Shown: positions 23,601 through 32,603, numbered from the stretch's first letter. The stretch is DNA of 47,977 bases from Selaginella moellendorffii (GCF_000143415.4 NW_003314277.1:1278963-1326939); one strand, 5' to 3'. Program-made: numbers and translations. Notes: a model not told the origin generated them from the sequence alone.

Positions 23601-25367
23601 GGCCGGGAGTCATTTTGGTCTTGTTGAAGACTACCTCACCACGTAGAAGAGCATTAGCCACTGTCAGAAGGTCGTCGTCGTCTAGAGACCGCGAGAAACG
23701 CAAGGCGTTGAGCTTCAAATCATTGGGCTTCCGGCCGTCCTCCACACCCATTGAGTTTAGCAACTCCCCGTCATGGTACCTCCTTAGCACATCTACCCAT
23801 TTGTCAAAAACAACTTTTGTCGCGAGTAGAATGTTATGGATGCTGAGTGTGTCATTGACCCCCAGTGTTTTCGAGAGAAGACTCGAGAATTCCTGCAATG
23901 GAAATGGCGTGAGGCCACATGCTATGCCACATGCAACGAGGCTTACCTGCCAGGCGCTAGTTGCTAGTGCACGTCCTTGTCCTGGTTTTTGTGGCTTCTT
24001 CAGTTGAACCCAGAGCTTCCGTGTTCGTGCCAATGTCTCGTGCAGACCCGATTTGTAGCACATTTCTTGCTTGACATTCTGCGCATGGGAGATGTATATG
24101 ATAGATCGGAGGGGCGAGTTGCCTTTTATCAGGCGGACAACTCTTGTCTTGAAGACTTTCTTCACCTCCTCGCCCACCATAATATCCACAACTATCTGTT
24201 GCATCGCCAAGCTAGAATGCTGCCCGGAGACGGCATAGAACCGGATGTTCTGATCGTCCAACACCTTCCTATTGATCAAGTCTGGAAACCTCGTCTCGCC
24301 CTTCATTGTTCGGTAGTAGGGGATCACGTCTGCAATGTCGGGTGTTACTGGACTTGCCAGCATCTTCTGCTTCAGTTTCTCCACCCACTCATCAGATACT
24401 AGCCTGTGGTTGTATTTGCTTTGGATCTCGATACGGCTCACGTCGATTGTATATACTTTGTTGGAATAGTAACAAGTACTATTATCTGCGACGATTTTTG
24501 CTGCCTCTTCTTGCTCTTTCTGCTCTTTGCGGCTCTTCTTTTTGGTGGGTGTAGTGTTCGAACCCGAGGCAATGGCATCACCGAGTAGCTTCTTTTTTGG
24601 AGCAGCAGAGTCGGACGTCGGCTTGAGCTTGACCACCCTTTTCTGCTTCGGGGTAGTTTCCAGATCGACCCCCTTCCCCTTCACTTCGCAAACTGGAGGC
24701 ACTCTCAACGGCTCAATGTTGGAATATAGTTTTTGAACATCGCCGTAGGTGAGGTCCGTGGATTCCATGTGATCTTCATAGACCCGCAGCATCTTTGAAA
24801 TTGTGGGCCTCCTGGACAACCTCTCCCTAGCTCCCTCTAGGAATTCCTCATAGCCGCTGCCCCCCTCCGGGAAGCCGCTAGGATGTGCAAGGTGGATCTT
24901 GAAGGCGGACGCTGTCTCTACCACAAGTGCCAGTCCATATTCTTGCATGGAACTGCATGGAGTGTCTGTCACTTGGATGAGGATCCCCATGCATTCTTTT
25001 CTCCCACCATCTGTGTTGTACAGCATCAGATCCTCGCCTTCCATCCCGAAAGTCCAACTGGTGAGCTCCTCCCCCTTCTCTGCATCCACATTGACAGTGG
25101 CTGGAAGAAGAACGCAATTCCTCGCCTGTTCAAAAATGCACAACAATTAGAGCTGACAGATGAAAAGCTAGCAGCTGGAAATAACGTGAGGCCACACGCC
25201 ATTCACCACTGCATCAGATGTCTTGAGGCTGCATCCTAAGATGGCGTGAGGCTACACGCCATCTGTAACCGGACTGCACTCGAGAGCCCAATCGGTGCAT
25301 GCCAATGTTGCTACTGAATGGCATGTGGCCTCATGCCATTTTCTACTTGGTCTAAAAGACTTACCAT
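19792..25367 (-). CDS. Spliced multidomain accessory protein (~1626 aa): ParB/DGQHR-like + degenerate MTase-like + acidic linker + FCP1/SCP-type HAD phosphatase; one in-frame TAG
   Basis: Hand-built exons: 25365-25367, 23947-25125, 22584-23892, 22459-22533, 22331-22402, 22138-22281, 21554-22090, 21482-21496, 21325-21432, 20702-21277, 19792-20654 (4881 nt, divisible by 3). All introns are GT-AG and phase-compatible. TAG at 21714-21716. The start codon is tentative. Confidence 0.72.
22600..23230 (-). other. Degenerate beta-class N6A/N4C DNA methyltransferase-like region
   Basis: KAPGAAWEMLSWVFNAIAGDSKGKCVVEYNCGGLFFRAALLKGVPCVAVT follows the pattern KP..L..LI...S..G..VLDPF.GSG....AA...GR..IG. 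The upstream IFCVMDFTN sits where DPPY would be. Canonical residues are lost. Confidence 0.45.
24050..24470 (-). other. ParB/Sulfiredoxin (DGQHR-like) domain
   Basis: YTIDVSRIE...NHRLVSDEWVEKLKQKM...FYAVSGQHSSLAMQQI matches the ParB N-terminal layout (R....V..L...M; hhh-GxH...A). Confidence 0.65.
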
Positions 25368-25574
25368 TTGAAGCCGAATGGAGGCCGTGACAATCGAGGC
25401 CGGACTCGCTGGCGAATGTGCACTGTGTGTGCAGCGGATCGTAGTAGCAAGGCTACTCTGCCACTTACAGTTGGAGAGTGGTGCTGAAATCTCCCGGGAC
25501 GCCAAGTGGGCTGCGTGTGGGTGGTGGAGTGGGCGGCGGAGTTGGCGGCAAAGTTACAAACTGGGTGTGTCTTG

Positions 25575-25750
25575 AAGTGGACGCCGATGCACACGAGCGC
25601 GATGCGAGCGCGAGTGTGATGCAAGCGCGAGTGGACGCCGATGCACACGAGAAACCTGTAGAGAAGTGAGCGTGATCGCGAGTGGGAGCGCGATGCGAGC
25701 GGGAGCGCGAGTGTGATGCGAGCGCGAGCGCGAGTGTGCGAGCGCGAGTA
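25575..25750 (-). promoter_or_regulatory. CpG-rich GCGA/GCGC repeat tract, probable promoter/5' UTR of the accessory gene
   Basis: Dense (GCGA)-type repeats and duplicated GTGGACGCCGATGCACACGAG just upstream of the first exon. Confidence 0.45.
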
Positions 25751-26059
25751 CAAAGCAAAATGCAAAACCTAACCTCACACGCGCGAAATGTCACAACGGT
25801 TGGTAATCCCGCCACGTCATCATTCCTCGGACTTGGGCGCCACCATTAATTTCTGGATTGCCGCGCGCATGCAAGCACGCAAAATCCAAAAGAAATCCGC
25901 AACGTCATCATTCCTCGGACTGCATGCACGCGAAATCCAAAAGAAAGATCATGATTGGGATATCATTTAATACCCTCGCTATATTTATACCATGCATGAT
26001 TGGATATTCCAAAGCATCTTGTATTTCCAAAAATGGCAGATGTTCAGCTAAATAAAGAA

Positions 26060-27465
26060 ATTCTATCTGTTTCTATTTTTCTCTCAAATCAATATTATAG
26101 CGTGTGGGCTCATGCAATTTTGAACCAAAGAAACCCAAAAAACGTTGGATCCAAAATATTTTGAAAAAACCCAAAAAACCCTAAACATTTTAAACCCAAA
26201 AATCCAGGCGTCCTGTGGCGTTATTCCTTGAATGGCGTGTGGGCGCATGCCATTTTCAGGGCCAAATGCTGAATGGAGAAAAATTCCCTTTCAGTGCAAA
26301 TGCTGCAAGAGGCAGATGCCGAGCACAAAGGACTGTAACTACCTCATATGACACAGATAAACTTTTCTCTATTTGGCAAAGATAAACTTTATAGCGTGTG
26401 GGCTCATGCAATTTTGAACCCAAAAAATGCACCAAAAAATTCTCGGCGTCATCTGGCATTATCTCTTGAATGGCGTGGGGCCGCATGCCATTTTCAGGGG
26501 CACATAGGAGTATATTCCTAGGATATTCTGACACGCGCGAGATTTTTTTGAGTTTTCTGGAGATCCAACCGTTAGATCGCAACTAGATTTTACAGAATGG
26601 TATACAATGTCTTTCTTGATGACCCTGCAAAGAAGCATCTCGATCGGACACCACATGAGACCACACGAGCCTTACAATGTTTCAGGGGCATTTGCCATAG
26701 ATCCGACCGTTATTTTGCTCCAAGATTTTACACTTTGGTGTGCATTGACCTTTCCATCGAAACTGCAAAGGGACATCACAATCAGATGCGGGATCACAAG
26801 AAACTAACTTCACTAACTCTGGTTTCACCAAGATCTACGTAAGGAGTTATGAAATGAAAGGACCCTCTCTATTGAAATGTGTTTATGGTCCTAGGGGCAT
26901 TGTGACATATCAAAGGATTTTGCATCAAGTTCTGTATTTGCATGTTTATCAAGCTACTGAATTGCTAAACCCTAAACCCTAAACCCTAAACCCTAAACAT
27001 GTGGCAAATGCTGCGTGAAGAAAGATGCCCTTTCTGGGCAAATGCTGTAAGAGGCAGATGCCGAGCAGATGTATCTCAGGCTAGCGAAGGGGACGAACGA
27101 AAGCTAGCTATAAACATGACGGGATGCAAATAGATTACTAGGCTGGTCCTACGAAAATCAAAAACCATAATTGAAAACATTGAAAATGCAAAAAGAAAGG
27201 TTTATAATATTTTTGAATTTTAGGCAACCAAAGGAATGTAAGTAGGGCATGTGTTTGTAAGTTTAAAAATGCCTCAACCACTTAAATTCCCAAGTAAATA
27301 AAGCTGTTTCTATTTTTGGTACAGGTAAACTTTATAGCGTGTGGGCTCATGCAATTTTGAACCCAAAAATGCACCAAAAAATGCTCGACTAGCATTATTC
27401 TTTGAATGGCGTGTGGCCTTATGTCGAGTATTATTCTTTGAATGGCGTATGGCCTTATATTGCCA
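26060..27465 (+). repeat. Three dispersed direct-repeat units carrying palindrome pairs in the intergenic spacer
   Basis: TATAGCGTGTGGGCTCATGCAATTTTGAACC at ~26096, ~26390 and ~27333, each followed by TTGAATGGCGTG.GG at ~26228, ~26466 and ~27402. Confidence 0.85.
26965..26998 (+). repeat. Interstitial plant telomeric repeat (CCCTAAA)4 plus partial unit
   Basis: CTAAA CCCTAAA CCCTAAA CCCTAAA CCCTAAA C. Confidence 0.95.
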
Positions 27466-27769
27466 TAAATGGACGTACACACACAGCGTAATTATTCCTT
27501 TACACGGCGAATAATCTTGGCGCGGATCGCTGACATGGCATGGCAAAGTTCGAATCACTGACATGGCACAGCTGGATCGAGGCAAGGACATGATGTGACA
27601 AAGTTCAACCTCCGACAGCAAAGTCTAGAAGCTACTCAGTTTGAAATTTGTCAGAGGAATCATAAGATCTGGTTTGTCAGAGGATTTGATGTGACGTTCA
27701 AGCGTGTGTTATTTTTGAATTCTCGAACTCATTCCTAGGTCTATCATTTTTGTGCGCCGTGTTCTTGGT

Positions 27770-27962
27770 TCCGCTGAGCGCAGTGAGCGCTGCTTGTGTA
27801 AGCGGCGTTGTGGGCTGTGGTTTATGCGTCTACGAGCGGTTGCGGCATTGCGAGCGCCATTGCGAGCGGCAGTTTATGCGAGTGGCAGTTTGTGTGAGCG
27901 GCGCTACGAGCAGTTGCGGTGTTGCGAGCGGCGCTACGAGTAGTTGCGGTGTTGCGAGCGGT
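27770..27962 (+). promoter_or_regulatory. CpG-rich tandem repeat tract, probable 5' UTR of the transposase gene
   Basis: Repeated GAGCGGCGCTACGAG.AGTTGCGGTGTTGC units, followed by a probable 5' UTR intron 28018-28327 (GTATGT...TTTCAG) that ends 1 nt before the ATG. Confidence 0.45.
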
Positions 27963-28328
27963 ACTGTCTTTGGTGTGGCTACCGCTTCCTCTTGATATTC
28001 GGCACTTGTGCTTCCTGGTATGTTCACCATGGAATGGCTTAGGACCACATTTAGAAATGGCATGAGGCCACATGCCATCTTGGGCCCTTGCAATTTCATG
28101 GCTAGCGTATTGTCATGTATGTTTTTACTTGCCTGCAGCTGTGTGTATATCAAGATGGCATGAGGCCTCATGCCAATTTTGTGAATGCGAAATTTCACGT
28201 GGGTGTCAATAGCATGTTTGAATAATGGCATGTGGCCTCATGCTATTGAGGTTGTTTGGTATGTTATGATTTAGGCCATTCTCCAATCATTTTTTGTATG
28301 GTCTTAACTTCTTTTCTGCACTTTCAGA

Positions 28329-31300
28329 ATGGCCTTCAGGGTTGGGGAAAAGGTTTACATTTTGAATGGTGGGAAGAGAGTTGCAAAAGGGACCCTTGTG
28401 TCTATGGATCGGAACTTTGTTATACACTGTCAAAGGCTTGGGGAAGGCAATGCTGCTGTATCAGTAGAGACTGTCTTCGATGGGAATGTGGTCGCTATTG
28501 AACGAGGAGAGATGGTCGTCGGGGTAAATGTTGTTGTTGCCTTGAAAAATCTTCAGAAGAAAGCAGATGTTAGGGACAGCGCAAGTGCGACGCATGTTCC
28601 CTCCGTGGATCTTAAGAACCGTGCTACATGGATTCAGGCAAAAGTGTTTCTAAACAACCCTGAGGGGGAGGTGGTAGCTGAGGGCTTAGCCACAGTTGTC
28701 GATCCAAGAGATGCGGTTGCTAATCAAGAATTGGGCTGGGATGATATTGGAGTTGCGATTTTAGAGGTTGTTGACACAGAAGAAAACAGTCTGACTATTG
28801 GAAGCATTGTGCGGTGGAAATTGAGGCACTTAGTGTTTGAGAATGTGAAGGATTCACAATCAAACACCACTACAACTGATGACAGAACATCTCTTCATGG
28901 GAAAAGAAAGTACACCTTCCTAAAGCGCAGCCAAAGGGATCTGAGCAACGAACCGAAAAGGCAGAAAATGGCGATGGAGGTTCGAATGGTCTCAACAGTT
29001 GCTTGTTGCAAGAGGAGGTGCTGTCAACATGCTGATTGGGATGCTATTGAAGAGGAGAGAGCAAGATACAAGACATTGTCCTGGAAGGTAGCTCGCAATT
29101 TTGTGTATGAGGCATTACGGTCATCTGTTGATGCTTCAGAACATCAGGTGGGGGGCATGGTCTTCCAGAGGGGTTTGGTCTGCATGAAGGCATGGAGAAT
29201 CATTTATGGAGTCCCTCGAACCACATTCTACAGAATCAAAACTGAGTTCGAGGAACAAAGGGTTCAACAGGCAGTCCATGGGAACGACGGTACGCACAAA
29301 ACCAGGGGTCATGTTGTATATGGAGAGGCAATCTTCAAGAGGTTTGTCGAGACATGTAGCGAGCAGCAACCACATAAAACCCGCCTCTTGGAAGATGGAA
29401 CACGAGACACCCAACGAGTTCTCCCTTCCATGTATACCAAGGGGGCCATATTGGAAGATGTGAATCGGGAACTCCAGAGTAATGGCTACAGGAAGCTGAG
29501 CCAATCTAGATTTAGTAGATTGTGGAGCAACAGGTTCAGGGATGTGAGTATAGGAAAGTACTCCAGCTTTTCAAAGTGTGACGAGTGCACTGCTATCAAA
29601 ATGGCTTTGTCGAAGAATTCTTGCAGCGCTCAAGAGCGAGAGACGTTGGTTAGAAGGCGGCTCGACCACAACATCGAGCAGAGAAGCTGCAGGACTGCAT
29701 ATTATCATAACAGGATTCTCTCCATGGAGAGACCTGACTCTTACCTCTGCATCATCCACGACAAAATGGACCAGAAAAAGACGTGCTTACCTCGACTCAA
29801 TCCTGCCCCCAAGGCAATCTCTTCATCCATGCAGCTACCTGTGTCTCTGTTTGGCATAATCGCTCATGGGCATGGTGCCCAGAACTATGGGAACTTCTTT
29901 GTACCTCTATGGGGTGGCGGGGGTGTAAACATGATGATTGCGTCCCTAGCAAAACACTTAAGGTCTCTGCAAAGTGCGCAGACTGAGCTGAACGGCCAAC
30001 CCTTGCATAAGGCCCTTGTCGATCGAACCCCATATAGGGTTCAGCTGGAGGAGGAGCAAAGGCTTGTAGTATCGCGTGGGGCCCCATGCCATCCCAGTGA
30101 ATATGTTGGCCGTCAGATTGTAGGGTTATCACGTGAGGCCTCATGCCATTCCAACGAGGCTGGTCGCCCGGTGAATGCACAGCCTCATCCAAACGAAGCA
30201 GAATCTCAAGGAAGTTCTTGCGGCCGATGTGGCCTTCCACCCCATCTTCTGCTCCAAACAGACAATGCTGGCAGTGAGAACAAAAACATGTATGTCTTCG
30301 CGTACTTGGCGATGCTTGTTGCCAAAGGCATATTTGAAACGGTTACACTTGGCTTTCTCATGGTTGGGCACACTCATGAAGACGTCGATGCCATGTTCAG
30401 TCACCTGGCAGAGTCCCTCCGGCGATCCAATGTCCTCACCCTCCCACAACTCTACGATGAATTCCAAAATTGCATCAAAGGCACTGTTGAAGCTGCACTT
30501 CTGACAGAGGTTCCAGACTTTAAGGGGTTTGTAAGAGGCTACATCAGGGATGGATCCGAAACGCTGATTGGCCACTCCAAGCCTCTTCAGTTTCATTTCA
30601 GCATGTGTGACGGTGCTCCAGTGATGAGGTACAAGATGAGAGAATGGGACACAGTGTGGCTGCCAGTGGACGGCATTGAACTCTTCAAGAGAGATCCCAT
30701 AACTGGGGAACCTATGATTCCTCAGGGTTCCCCACGGCCGATGCACCCGGATGGACTCAAAGACCAAGAAAGTATAGTGGCCGGGATTAGACAGCATATT
30801 GCCTTCTGGAAGAGGGGGTTGGTGTTTGGTGGAGAATCCTATTTTCAGAGGTGCAAGCCTTTGCTCGAATACTGGGAGAAGATTATATCTGCTATCCAAA
30901 ATGGGCCGGTTGTATATGAAGAATTGGAAGAGTCCTTTTGGCCAGAACCCAGAGCACCAGATAGTAGCGGAACAATGTCCTCTGGAAATGCAGTGACAGA
31001 TAACGATGTTGAGGATCACTATTGTGGGCCGAGGAACAAGAAGCCGGATTCAGCATTCAATCCAGTACAGGTCTGCAAAGGAATGGTAGTGCTTGTCAGA
31101 CCCAGTAATAAAAAACAAATGATATGGGTGGGGCGCTGCATCACTGATGCAGAGGAGGACGCGGAAACTAACTCCTTCAATGTAACTGTGGAGTGGTTCA
31201 AGCCAAGTTCCGGATATACGAAGGATTGCCTAGAAAAGAGATGGGTGCTGAATCCAAGGGATCCCAGCATGAGCATATCGGTGGATAATGTTGTGCATGG

Positions 31301-31397
31301 TTGGATGCGGAAGCAGAGTGCCACCATCACCTTGCCAGACCATGCAAAAGATGCAGCAAGAGCATTCATAACTCGGGTTCAAGGTGAGATTCATTAA
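28329..31397 (+). CDS. Sola-like DDD transposase (1022 aa ORF; probably spliced at 31384-31435 to end at 31470)
   Basis: Cys motifs CCKRRCC, VCMKAW and FSKCDEC. Catalytic-type motifs IIHDKMDQKK, LQTDNAGSENKN and FLMVGHTHEDVDAMFS. Uninterrupted ORF between TIRs. A possible last intron gives the C-terminus GEQSESESEEA*. Confidence 0.88.
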   Translation: MAFRVGEKVYILNGGKRVAKGTLVSMDRNFVIHCQRLGEGNAAVSVETVFDGNVVAIERGEMVVGVNVVVALKNLQKKADVRDSASATHVPSVDLKNRATWIQAKVFLNNPEGEVVAEGLATVVDPRDAVANQELGWDDIGVAILEVVDTEENSLTIGSIVRWKLRHLVFENVKDSQSNTTTTDDRTSLHGKRKYTFLKRSQRDLSNEPKRQKMAMEVRMVSTVACCKRRCCQHADWDAIEEERARYKTLSWKVARNFVYEALRSSVDASEHQVGGMVFQRGLVCMKAWRIIYGVPRTTFYRIKTEFEEQRVQQAVHGNDGTHKTRGHVVYGEAIFKRFVETCSEQQPHKTRLLEDGTRDTQRVLPSMYTKGAILEDVNRELQSNGYRKLSQSRFSRLWSNRFRDVSIGKYSSFSKCDECTAIKMALSKNSCSAQERETLVRRRLDHNIEQRSCRTAYYHNRILSMERPDSYLCIIHDKMDQKKTCLPRLNPAPKAISSSMQLPVSLFGIIAHGHGAQNYGNFFVPLWGGGGVNMMIASLAKHLRSLQSAQTELNGQPLHKALVDRTPYRVQLEEEQRLVVSRGAPCHPSEYVGRQIVGLSREASCHSNEAGRPVNAQPHPNEAESQGSSCGRCGLPPHLLLQTDNAGSENKNMYVFAYLAMLVAKGIFETVTLGFLMVGHTHEDVDAMFSHLAESLRRSNVLTLPQLYDEFQNCIKGTVEAALLTEVPDFKGFVRGYIRDGSETLIGHSKPLQFHFSMCDGAPVMRYKMREWDTVWLPVDGIELFKRDPITGEPMIPQGSPRPMHPDGLKDQESIVAGIRQHIAFWKRGLVFGGESYFQRCKPLLEYWEKIISAIQNGPVVYEELEESFWPEPRAPDSSGTMSSGNAVTDNDVEDHYCGPRNKKPDSAFNPVQVCKGMVVLVRPSNKKQMIWVGRCITDAEEDAETNSFNVTVEWFKPSSGYTKDCLEKRWVLNPRDPSMSISVDNVVHGWMRKQSATITLPDHAKDAARAFITRVQGEIH

Positions 31398-31685
31398 TAT
31401 TCCTTTACAAAGTTTTTAATGTATTTTATTTCAAGGTGAACAATCCGAATCTGAATCAGAGGAGGCTTGATATAGTGTGTGAGGTAAAACAAAGATGATG
31501 TGACATATGCATTTACCAATCACACGTGCATAAATCTAATAATATGGCATGTGGCCCATATTAATGGCACATAAACCCATATTGTGGGCTTACGTGCTTT
31601 ATGTACCATCATTCCCTTGCAGTGTGTGTGTTGGTTTCCTTTTATAACACAACGAACTCCATATTTTAGGGTGAAGAGCGTTCTC

Positions 31686-31943
31686 ATGGCAAGCACAAAA
31701 TCTGTAAGTGAGGTAGAAAAGGAGACGGAGAAGGAGATAGGTGAAGATGTAGAATATATAAGTCTTCCAAACTCCCCGTACTATACTCCAGGTGATCATT
31801 TTTCTGAACAAACGGCAACATTAACAACTATCGAGAACGCCCCAGTAACGTCAGAGACAACAATCCAAAGCAAAACAACTGACCCGGAGAAGGATGATAG
31901 TACCGCTGAGAGTACCAAAAAGGAGGTGTCCACTAGCGCTTAG
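31686..31943 (+). CDS. Small acidic Ser/Thr/Glu-rich ORF or exon of unknown function
   Basis: MASTKSVSEVEKETEKEIGEDVEYISLPNSPYYTPG...; coding-like composition in AT-rich surroundings, preceded by an acceptor-like TATTTTAG. Confidence 0.35.
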   Translation: MASTKSVSEVEKETEKEIGEDVEYISLPNSPYYTPGDHFSEQTATLTTIENAPVTSETTIQSKTTDPEKDDSTAESTKKEVSTSA

Positions 31944-32579
31944 GCTTATAATGGCGTGTGCCCTCATGCCATTTACTTGATCACCAAATACCTTTTTCCC
32001 TTTGCACTAGTATATCTTAATACCGGTCTGAGAAATAGAATGGCATGTGCCCTCAGGCCTTTTACTAAATCACCTTTGAAAGAAATGCAAGCCTCTATGT
32101 CGTAAAAAAAAGGTACTAGAGAAATTCCTTAATAATATGAATGTTATTTAGTTTCATGAAAATACACTAAGGGTCAAATGAGTTAAATGACTTCTCCAGA
32201 CTAGCAATGCCTCTTGCTACACCTTCACAATTAGATTCGTTAGAAAAAGATAACATTGAATAATATCTAAATGTTCTCACCATTAAGTTATATGTCTGGC
32301 TAATAGGAATGATGTTCATCTTGGAAAGCTCACCACACGCTCAATGAACAAACAAATAGTGTGTGCGCGCATGCCATCGCTCTTCTTTAGCTTCAGATTC
32401 GGCTTGTTCACCTTGACAATGAGATTTATTATACAACTAGATGGACTCAGTCTGGACATAAGGTCACCGCGCTAGTCACCATGCCCCAAATATGTCTAGC
32501 CCCTGGACAAAAAACATATAATTTCACGTCATTTTCAAATACTTGAAAATTTGTACCTAGTCCCATTTTACTGAATAAA

Positions 32580-32603
32580 TCCCACTTTAACGAAATAGAG
32601 CTT
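32580..32603 (-). repeat. Right terminal inverted repeat
   Basis: TCCCACTTTAACGAAATAGAGCTT. Confidence 0.95.

Larger units (their letters stand above)
19374..32603. mobile_element. 13.2 kb TIR DNA transposon, Sola-like, with two divergent genes
   Basis: Perfect 24-bp TIRs, LTR sequence abutting both ends, and an internal DDD transposase ORF. No TSD is visible. Superfamily assignment is from motif resemblance only. Confidence 0.9.

Noticed and set aside
22567-25146. 859-aa ORF as a stand-alone gene
   Set aside because: Its TTG start and last codons (GEYAL*) lie in predicted introns, and it reads through a 54-bp intron; it is better explained as exons 2-3 of the larger gene.
25181-25339. Palindromic repeats with 40-75 bp unique spacers resembling a CRISPR array (also 28057-28246)
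   Set aside because: Only 2-3 per cluster, with irregular spacing and a variable centre; they lie in spliceosomal introns and exons, and there are no cas genes.
26965-26998. True chromosome end or fusion site
   Set aside because: Only ~4.7 units in a single orientation, internal to a TIR element.
30141-31019. 292-aa minus-strand ORF and other ORFs antisense to the transposon genes
   Set aside because: Shadow ORFs of real coding sequence with no recognisable motifs.
19374-32603. CACTA, Mutator or Helitron classification
   Set aside because: Termini are AAGC...GCTT rather than CACTA; TIRs are short with no 9-bp TSD; no Rep/helicase; the catalytic motifs fit Sola-like DDD enzymes better.
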